Source: Candidatus Altarchaeum sp. (GTDB taxonomy: Archaea > Altiarchaeota > Altiarchaeia > Altiarchaeales > Altiarchaeaceae). Taken from it: 14,418 bases of DNA. Where the stretch lies: contig JAGWDQ010000016.1 of assembly GCA_018260615.1 (NCBI GenBank), positions 1 to 14,418 on the forward strand. Reading direction: 5' to 3'. The position numbers and the translations under genes are program-made. Below the pieces are notes generated by a model. It was not told where the DNA came from. It was given only the letters and a program-made list of their open reading frames with translations, and made no database searches. Shown one piece after another: positions 7,732 to 14,418 of the stretch (positions are counted from its first letter, which is position 1; every line of letters starts with the position of its first letter).

Positions 7732-10700
7732 TCACAAAGTTATATCTGCAGTATCACTTTCGGATGGGAATGAAACACCTGTCACCGGGTCCTTATAGTT
7801 GAGTTCTGCTAAATTGGAGAGTAATCCAACCAAATCTTCAACCCCAATTGTTATTTCACATGACCCACTTCCACCTGCCTGGACTGTTCCTATGTTCATT
7901 GTCACAACCTTCCCGCTTTGTGTTCCATTACAGGTATTACTTATATAATTACTTCCTACAGGTATTGTATCTGCAATTACCACATTTGCTGCATCTGCAT
8001 TTCCATTATTAGTGTAAGTTATTCTATATGTTATCCTTATCACTTCCTTTTCAATTGTCATATTAGGTGCAACAATAGTAACTGTTTCATTGGCTGTTTC
8101 GTTTATTTCAGGTCCAACTGGTGGTTTTGCGGTTACGATAGCAACATTCGTTGTGTTTTCGGTGATTATTGTTGACTTATTACATGTTGCAGTTTCTCCG
8201 GCACCTAAACTTGCTATATTACAAATACTTCCAAGAAGGTTGTCAGCCACGGTTATATTATACAATGTGCAATCTCCGGTGTTGTTAATCAGATAGGTAT
8301 AAGTTACAGTTTCATTTATGTGGACTTCTGTTTTATCGGCAGTTTTTATAACGGTGAAGTTAGGGTGAATAACATCAACAGTTGTCGTATCGTTATCTGA
8401 CACTGTATCATTGTCCGGTGCTTCTCCTGTTATAACAACAACATTTGTTGTCGTTTCATATATTTGTATCGTTTTTATGCATGCTGAACTTGCTCCGGAA
8501 GCTAAAGTTGGTATGGTGCAAATGAGTCCAAGTTTATCATCACTTACCACAATATTTACTAATGGAACATCCCCTGTATTAGTGACGAGGTAAGTGTAAG
8601 TTACCAAGTCCCCTGATAGTATCACTGATGGATCTGCGGTTTTTTCAACAATAATTGAAGGGTGTATTACATCCACAAACGCCGTATCGTTATCTTTTAC
8701 TATATCGCCGTTCGGTGCATTTCCTGTAACGGTTGCGACATTGGTTGTATCAACTGTTATTACTGCTGTCTTTGTACAGGTCATACTCGCTCCTACTCCA
8801 AGTTCAGTTGCAGGACAGGTTATTGTTCCGAGTTTGTTATCAGTTAGTACTACATTTGTTAAAGTAACATCCCCTGTATTGGTTACAACATAGGTATAAG
8901 TTACAGTTCTTCCTGATCGTATCATTGTTGGATTTGCTGTCTTTTCAACATCAATTGCCGGATTAATCACATCAACAGAAGCTGAATCATTATCGCTTAC
9001 AGTATCACCTGTTGGTGCATTTCCTGTTGCTATTACAACATTTGTTGTATCAACATTTATTATTGCTGTTGCCGTGCATGTCATACTTGCTCCCACTGCC
9101 AAGGTAGTTGATGGGCAGGTTATTGTTCCGAGTTTATCATCGTTTAACGCAATGCTTGTTAATTCAACATCTCCTGTATTTGTTACAACATAAGTATAAG
9201 TTACTGTTTCTCCCGGAAGTATCGTAGTTGGATTTGCTGTCTTTTCAACATCAATTGCCGGATTAATCACATCAACAGAAGCTGAATCATTATCGCTTAC
9301 AGTATCACCTGTTGGTGCATTTCCTGTTGCTATTACAACATTTGTTGTATCAACATTTATTATTGCTGTTGCCGTGCATGTCATACTTGCTCCCACTGCC
9401 AAGGTAGTTGATGGGCAGGTTATTGTTCCGAGTTTATCATCGTTTAACGCAATGCTTGTTAATTCAACATCTCCTGTATTTGTTACAACATAAGTATAAG
9501 TTACTGTTTCTCCCGGAAGTATCGTAGTTGGATTTGCTGTCTTTTCAACATCAATTGCCGGATTAATCACATCAACAGAAGCTGAATCATTATCGCTTAC
9601 AGTATCACCTGTTGGTGCATTTCCTGTTGCTATTACAACATTTGTTGTATCAACATTTATTATTGCCGTCTTTGTGCAGGTCATGTTTGCTCCCGCTGCA
9701 AGTTGTGTTGCAGGACAGGTTATTGCTCCAATTTTATTATCGTTTAATGTAATATTTGTCAAAGTAACATCTCCGGTATTTGTCACAACATAAGTATAAG
9801 TCACTGTTTCTCCGGACTGGATAATCGCAGGATCAGCGGTCTTCACAACATCAATAGAGGGTGTAATCACATCCACAAAAGCGGTGTCATTATCAGTTAC
9901 TGCATCTCCGTTCGGTGCATTTCCGGTTACAGTTGCGACATTTGTTGTATCAACATTTATTATTGCCGTCTTTGTGCAGGTCATGTTTGCTCCCGCTGCA
10001 AGTTGTGTTGCAGGACAGGTTATTGCTCCAATTTTATTATCGTTTAATGTAATATTTGTCAAAGTAACATCTCCGGTATTTGTCACAACATAAGTATAAG
10101 TCACTGTTTCTCCGGACTGGATAATCGCAGGATCAGCGGTCTTCACAACATCAATAGAGGGTGTAATCACATCCACAAAAGCGGTGTCATTATCAGTTAC
10201 TGCATCTCCGTTCGGTGCATTTCCGGTTACAGTTGCGACATTTGTTGTATCAACATTTATTATTGCCGTCTTTGTGCAGGTCATGTTTGCTCCCGCTGCA
10301 AGTTGTGTTGCAGGACAGGTTATTGCTCCAATTTTATTATCGTTTAATGTAATATTTGTCAAAGTAACATCTCCGGTATTTGTCACAACATAAGTATAAG
10401 TCACTGTTCCTCCTGCCTGAATAATCGCGGGATTAGCAGTTTTTACGACATTAATTGATGGGGTGATCACATCCACAAAAGCATCGTCATTATCCGACGC
10501 CTGATTACAACTTACCGTTCCCACATTTGTCGTATCAGCATATAATGGCGATGATGTCGTGCATGTATGTGTCCCGCCAATAGCCACATCAAACGGCCCA
10601 CAAATAGTACCAAGCACATTGTCAGTAACTACACAATTTGTTAATGCCCCGCTTCCGGTATTCTTAACGACATAAGTATAGGTTACATTTTCCCCTGATT

Positions 10701-12072
10701 GTATCGTTGTTTCATTTGCAGTTTTATTTATATCAACATCCGGAATCCCTGCAATCGTATAATGCTCAGTCCTATTTGTCACTTCAGGTCCTGTTGAAGT
10801 TGATGTTACAAGTGCTCTGTTGTATATTGTTTCGTCGCCGCCACAGATAACATCAATGGTGAAACTTACTTCACCTCTTACAGGATTTCCTGTACTTAAA
10901 CCTAAATTTCCAAGACGCCAGACAACTGTGTTATCTGCTGAATTATAATAACAATTATTACCTCCACAGGAAACACCATTGACCATAAAGTCCCTTGCAC
11001 TTGAACCATTTAAACAAGTATCTAATCCTATTATGTTTCCATTCACATCAACACCATCAATAATAGTTGCATTAAGTACCATATCGGCAATAAAATTATA
11101 ATCTATTGTATACGTAATTGGCTGCCCATAAGTAACATTGCTGCCGCTTGGAGGGTTTGAATTCTTAAAATGCTCTGTTGCTATATCCACGCCGCTATAC
11201 TTTTTATATGGAGAATTATGCACATCATGTACATGCATGTCACCTAAATAAGAATAATTGCATCCTTTACTTGTAAATACAGAACCATCAACCTTAAATT
11301 CATAAATTATCAAAAATTCCCATTCATAAGGTTTACCTGTAGCAGGATTTATTTCTACCACCTGGTATTTTTTTGTTTGGTTGTATAATGTCTCATTTAT
11401 AAGTGGAGACCTGGTCGTTGTTTTATCATAGCCGGAATACCACATATTCCATTGTGTTGATGTGGCATACTTAAGTATTTTTGATTTATCGCCAATAGTT
11501 ATAAAACCATCACATTGCTGGTTGTAAGGACTACAATTATGCCCTCCGGAACCATATTTTGGAGTACTAGTTCTAGATGCCAGTAAATCTACACCAAAAT
11601 CCAATACGGTATTCCCGCAAGTATCTCTAATGATGTACTTTGAATGATCACTTTTTAGTAAATCATCAAATGTGTGCGGCTTTTGTAAAGTGCCATCTGC
11701 TTTCACATTTGATGCTGCACTTCTTATTTTCCATGGCCCAATACAGTTTGTACCATAACAGTTGTCATTAATTACTTCAGGACTATATACTAATGCAAAA
11801 TACCAGTCACCATTAGCATCTTTGCTTGTATAAACAGTTGCAATATGTTCTTCAGGTCCAATATCTTGCGTATAAACTAAAAGATAGACCTGGTCATATT
11901 CGGATCCGTTGATCTGACCAGGTACGCCACCAATCAGACCATCAACCACCACGGCTGATGCTATACCTGCACCACTTAAAAAAATAAATAAACAAAGGGT
12001 TGCAGCCATTGCTAGGTGTTTTATATCTATCATTTCCATCCTGTTTTTTCCATATTGGTTTGTTTTTTCCAT
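7732..12072 (-). CDS. Large secreted/cell-surface protein with tandem DUF11/DUF7507-like Ig domains (adhesin-like)
   Basis: 1446 aa ORF; the real start may be ATG at 12039 or 12033. Signal peptide (AATLCLFIFLSGAGIASA), N-terminal globular domain, then 11 domains with K(T)A..G..VTYT..V.N.G...L.N..L.D. No C-terminal TM helix or PGF-CTERM. Confidence 0.92.
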   Translation of the reverse strand: MEKTNQYGKNRMEMIDIKHLAMAATLCLFIFLSGAGIASAVVVDGLIGGVPGQINGSEYDQVYLLVYTQDIGPEEHIATVYTSKDANGDWYFALVYSPEVINDNCYGTNCIGPWKIRSAASNVKADGTLQKPHTFDDLLKSDHSKYIIRDTCGNTVLDFGVDLLASRTSTPKYGSGGHNCSPYNQQCDGFITIGDKSKILKYATSTQWNMWYSGYDKTTTRSPLINETLYNQTKKYQVVEINPATGKPYEWEFLIIYEFKVDGSVFTSKGCNYSYLGDMHVHDVHNSPYKKYSGVDIATEHFKNSNPPSGSNVTYGQPITYTIDYNFIADMVLNATIIDGVDVNGNIIGLDTCLNGSSARDFMVNGVSCGGNNCYYNSADNTVVWRLGNLGLSTGNPVRGEVSFTIDVICGGDETIYNRALVTSTSTGPEVTNRTEHYTIAGIPDVDINKTANETTIQSGENVTYTYVVKNTGSGALTNCVVTDNVLGTICGPFDVAIGGTHTCTTSSPLYADTTNVGTVSCNQASDNDDAFVDVITPSINVVKTANPAIIQAGGTVTYTYVVTNTGDVTLTNITLNDNKIGAITCPATQLAAGANMTCTKTAIINVDTTNVATVTGNAPNGDAVTDNDTAFVDVITPSIDVVKTADPAIIQSGETVTYTYVVTNTGDVTLTNITLNDNKIGAITCPATQLAAGANMTCTKTAIINVDTTNVATVTGNAPNGDAVTDNDTAFVDVITPSIDVVKTADPAIIQSGETVTYTYVVTNTGDVTLTNITLNDNKIGAITCPATQLAAGANMTCTKTAIINVDTTNVVIATGNAPTGDTVSDNDSASVDVINPAIDVEKTANPTTILPGETVTYTYVVTNTGDVELTSIALNDDKLGTITCPSTTLAVGASMTCTATAIINVDTTNVVIATGNAPTGDTVSDNDSASVDVINPAIDVEKTANPTTILPGETVTYTYVVTNTGDVELTSIALNDDKLGTITCPSTTLAVGASMTCTATAIINVDTTNVVIATGNAPTGDTVSDNDSASVDVINPAIDVEKTANPTMIRSGRTVTYTYVVTNTGDVTLTNVVLTDNKLGTITCPATELGVGASMTCTKTAVITVDTTNVATVTGNAPNGDIVKDNDTAFVDVIHPSIIVEKTADPSVILSGDLVTYTYLVTNTGDVPLVNIVVSDDKLGLICTIPTLASGASSACIKTIQIYETTTNVVVITGEAPDNDTVSDNDTTTVDVIHPNFTVIKTADKTEVHINETVTYTYLINNTGDCTLYNITVADNLLGSICNIASLGAGETATCNKSTIITENTTNVAIVTAKPPVGPEINETANETVTIVAPNMTIEKEVIRITYRITYTNNGNADAANVVIADTIPVGSNYISNTCNGTQSGKVVTMNIGTVQAGGSGSCEITIGVEDLVGLLSNLAELNYKDPVTGVSFPSESDTADITL
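8068..10746 (-). repeat. Intragenic array of nine ~100-aa (about 300-bp) repeats
   Basis: Perfect 300-bp periodicity over 8927-9666 (type B) and 9638-10408 (type A). Flanking units are diverged. Confidence 0.96.
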
Positions 12073-12162
12073 TTTGTTTTGATTTGTTTTTATATTCTTT
12101 TTTTAAAATATTTTATCGTTTTTTATACAATTTACTTAACTTTATAATAATTAGTTATCAAG

Positions 12163-12233
12163 ATAATTATAACTATAAGAATAATAATTAATTATAAAAT
12201 AATTATAACTATAAGAATAATAATTAATTATAA
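12163..12233. repeat. Two exact 35-bp copies (period 36) upstream of the surface-protein gene
   Basis: ATAATTATAACTATAAGAATAATAATTAATTATAA at 12163-12197 and 12199-12233. Each contains the 12-bp palindrome ATAATTAATTAT. Confidence 0.8.
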
Positions 12234-12352
12234 GAATATAAATATTTAAAATATCAGATTACTTCCAAATTTTTATATTATAAGATATTGTTTCGCTTAA
12301 CCCTTCAGCACAACAAATTTTTATTTCTTTCACCTTTAATTCATATCTAATA

Positions 12353-12500
12353 GGGTGTCCTAATACTTCAAAAAACCACCTCCAAACCCAATCAGATGAT
12401 ATTGGTTTTTTTGAAACCAGTATATTTTGTGGGTTTTTAAGGTAAAAACTCGTTAATCGGCATCAGTAAGCAGGTGGTTTTTTCACGAGTTAGGACGCCC
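12353..12500. mobile_element. MITE-like / internally deleted IS element with 29-bp terminal inverted repeats and flanking TA
   Basis: Left end GGGTGTCCTAATACTTCAAAAAACCACCT (12353-12381) versus reverse complement of right end GGGCGTCCTAACTCGTGAAAAAACCACCT (12472-12500): 24/29 identical. TA at 12351-12352 and 12501-12502. No ORF inside. Confidence 0.75.
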
Positions 12501-12578
12501 TACTAACTTTCTAAGTTAAAAATTTTCCATTATTGCGTGTTGTTTTAATTTTTCATTTTACAAAGGGTTATAAATTTC

Positions 12579-13697
12579 TCAGTCCAGAAACTCCTTATTT
12601 GCTATCTTTTCAGGCAGATATTTTTCGGTTATAAAACTTATTCCCCTTGCCGACAATGCCTCAATTTCTGCCTTTGCGTTAAATTTTTTCATAATGTCAA
12701 ACTGCTCTTTCCAGTCGTTCTTATCCTTAAACCAGACATAGTTTTTCATCTCCTCTAATCGCTGTATATCAACATCCTTTAATTTTATCAGGTGTTTTTT
12801 CAGCCCGTATTTTTCAATGTCATTCCCGTTCAGCCCCAAAAATTTACATTTCGGTGTTGAAAGCATATCCGAAAGATGCGACAATCCGATAGAGCCGTAC
12901 TTTATTACGGAATAAATATAAATCCCCCACGGGTCAAAATCAACAAGCACATATATCGGCAGCGAAAATTCCTTATTCAGCCGCTGAAGTATCCGCCTCA
13001 CTCCTCTTGTTGTCTGTCCTCCGGATTCAATTATTATGCAGTTGTTCTTTTTCCAGAATTTATCCTCATTCAAACGGTTCCAGACAGCGTCCTTTTCCAT
13101 AAAAAGCACAAATTTTGCATCAACACCCTTAAATTCAATATTTTCAACATTGCTCGGCACTGCCCAGCCGCCGCTTCCCATCTTATTCCATGCGATTATA
13201 TCGTCTCCGTCCTTTATTACGACATTTCCCGCAACGCTGCCTTTCTTTTTTGCATTTACATGTAAATTTTCTCTTAAATCATCAAGCAGTAACTCCAGGT
13301 CTTCAACGGCATTATCACTCTCTATCTGTTCATCAACCAAATTTATCTTCGTATCCGGAATTGTCCGTTTTAGCATATAAAACAAATCCCTGAGCGATGT
13401 TGTTTTTTCAGTTTGTAATAATTCTTTATAGATGACTGCAGCAGCGGACAATGTCTGGGTAAATTTCCTCGTATGTGCAATGTTTAAAAAATTTCTCCTG
13501 CTCTTTTTGTCTTTCATAACGATTTTTAAATTTTCTTTGTCAAATTCAACATTGCTAAGTGTTCTTATGGGTATGTCAAAGTATGGCGACTCGTTTGTAT
13601 TCAGCACATCAATGACGAAATTTCCCAGATTCCTTATCTTCATTTCCAGGTTTGCATTGGAAATTTTTGAATTGTGTCTTTCTGCATCAGTTTTCAT
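12579..13697 (-). CDS. top6A: DNA topoisomerase VI subunit A
   Basis: 372 aa. SLRDLFY (catalytic Tyr position), QIESDNAVEDLE, TOPRIM FMEKDAVW and DFDPWG, C-terminal KAEIEAL. Confidence 0.96.
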   Translation of the reverse strand: MKTDAERHNSKISNANLEMKIRNLGNFVIDVLNTNESPYFDIPIRTLSNVEFDKENLKIVMKDKKSRRNFLNIAHTRKFTQTLSAAAVIYKELLQTEKTTSLRDLFYMLKRTIPDTKINLVDEQIESDNAVEDLELLLDDLRENLHVNAKKKGSVAGNVVIKDGDDIIAWNKMGSGGWAVPSNVENIEFKGVDAKFVLFMEKDAVWNRLNEDKFWKKNNCIIIESGGQTTRGVRRILQRLNKEFSLPIYVLVDFDPWGIYIYSVIKYGSIGLSHLSDMLSTPKCKFLGLNGNDIEKYGLKKHLIKLKDVDIQRLEEMKNYVWFKDKNDWKEQFDIMKKFNAKAEIEALSARGISFITEKYLPEKIANKEFLD

Positions 13698-13788
13698 TTT
13701 GCTTAAATTTTCTCTTTGAGTTTAAAATTTCATTATGTTTAATTATGATTTCAATTTCAATATAAATTTAACTCAAATGATGTGATTT

Positions 13789-13830
13789 TTAGGTATTGTA
13801 GATGTTAGTATCAAAGAAATAGATGCTTTG
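13789..13830 (-). pseudogene. Possible relic of a PIN/VapC N-terminus (QSIYFFDTNIYNT*)
   Basis: YFFDTNI matches the hhhDTN start of PIN domains and lies just downstream of a small antitoxin-sized ORF. No in-frame start and an early stop, so it may be chance. Confidence 0.2.
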
Positions 13831-13868
13831 TTAGTGTTGTTATGATTTCAGAAATTAATATACTTTAT

Positions 13869-14045
13869 TTACATCTCATTATTTCTCTCCCGTAGAAATG
13901 TTTCAACTTCTTTACCCTTAATTTTCCATCCCTTCGACTCGGATATTTTCTTTCCCAATATCAGCAAATTCTCATACGCATCCTCTCTCTTTTCAATAGT
14001 TCCTGATTCTAACAAATCGTTTATTATTTTTATCAGGTGTTTCAC
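13869..14045 (-). CDS. Small hypothetical protein, 58 aa, antitoxin-sized (not in the supplied ORF track)
   Basis: GTG start at 14045, open to TAA at 13869-13871: MKHLIKIINDLLESGTIEKREDAYENLLILGKKISESKGWKIKGKEVETFLRERNNEM. Charged, helical-looking composition. Confidence 0.5.
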   Translation of the reverse strand: MKHLIKIINDLLESGTIEKREDAYENLLILGKKISESKGWKIKGKEVETFLRERNNEM

Positions 14046-14087
14046 TTAATCCGGAGTTTAAATTTTTATGTATTTAAAAATTTTGAG

Positions 14088-14418
14088 ATTTTTAAAGATT
14101 GAAAATCTCAAAGATTTTCAGTATTTAAAAAATTTATTTTTTATCGTACAGGAAAGTTCGTTTTATTTTTGGTCCCTAACCTCGCTGTTGCTCGGATATT
14201 TTCAAAAACTCCGCGTTTTGAAAATCGCACCAAGACACAGAGACACAAAGGAGTTATATTCTGTAACCTGGTGACTTTGTGGCTTTTAAAAATTTCACAA
14301 ATTTTTAAAGATTGAAAATCTCAAAGATTTTCAGTATTTAAAAAATTTATTTTTTATCGTACAGGAAAGTTCGTTTTATTTTTGGTCCCTCACACCAAGA
14401 CACAGAGACACAAAGGAG
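14088..14418. repeat. Tandemly duplicated REP-like mosaic (second copy truncated by the window edge)
   Basis: 14088-14177 equals 14301-14390 (90 bp exact). CACCAAGACACAGAGACACAAAGGAG at 14228-14253 and 14393-14418. Copy 1 carries an extra 48 bp (14178-14225). Confidence 0.88.

Larger units (their letters stand above)
6563..12732. mobile_element. Putative genomic island/cassette inserted in the top6A 3' end (154-bp direct repeats, 6016-bp period), no integrase visible
   Basis: Flanking direct repeats equal the gene 3' end. Cargo is accessory-type (surface protein, membrane protein, MITE). Mobility is inferred, not shown. Confidence 0.55.

Noticed and set aside
7918-10393. + strand ORFs at 7918, 8090, 8411, 8662, 9884 and 10184
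   Set aside because: Antisense shadows of the Thr/Val-rich surface gene; the two identical 69-aa ORFs simply mirror the 300-bp repeat.
8927-10408. Regular repeats as a CRISPR array or non-coding satellite
   Set aside because: Period is 300 bp, in frame within a CDS, with no unique spacers.
7732-12072. Calling the large protein a hamus or S-layer subunit
   Set aside because: No sequence feature I can recognise supports that; the architecture is a generic Ig-repeat adhesin and the host taxon is itself only inferred.
12270-12578. A small gene interrupted by the MITE
   Set aside because: After removing the element and one TA in silico by eye, all three minus-strand frames still contain stops upstream of the junction.
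12876-13719. + strand ORFs overlapping top6A (also 4898 and 4921 over argF, 3405 over the lipoprotein, 12000 over the signal peptide)
   Set aside because: Antisense to confidently identified genes.
13938-13950. 13-bp match (CTCGGATATTTTC) to REP-like module B inside the 58-aa ORF
   Set aside because: The flanking hairpin and CGAGG half are missing; a short match in AT-rich DNA could be chance.
14068-14274. 68-aa + strand ORF
   Set aside because: Lies wholly in the palindromic repeat mosaic; best explained as a by-product of the repeats.
14088-14418. Repeat region as a CRISPR array
   Set aside because: Repeats are about 90 bp, only two copies, with no 30-40 bp spacer pattern and no cas genes.

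Overview
AT-rich archaeal chromosomal window. Top6A, an archaeal-type 5S rRNA, an archaeal lipobox and an archaeal ATPase indicate Archaea; the composition and style would fit Ca. Altiarchaeota, but that is inference only. Housekeeping content: an SPL-like radical SAM gene, thiC, a stand-alone 5S rRNA, a lipoprotein, argF, an archaeal AAA-type ATPase and top6A. Most notable structure: the last 154 bp of top6A (12579-12732) is duplicated 6016 bp away (6563-6716), ending exactly at the stop codon and differing at only two synonymous sites. The two copies bracket an integrase-less cassette carrying a 1446-aa repeat-rich surface protein (11 Ig-like domains, two blocks of perfectly identical 300-bp repeats), a DUF3108-like membrane protein whose TAG stop is in frame with the duplicated Top6A tail, a 148-bp MITE-like element and an AT-rich tandem repeat. 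Intergenic DNA at about 0.3, 5.3 and 14.1-14.4 kb is built from shared palindromic REP-like modules, one of which (48 bp) is a clean indel between two tandem copies. A candidate pseudoknot lies at 399-474. No CRISPR array, tRNA or intact transposase/integrase is visible. All family assignments come from motif recognition by eye, not database searches.
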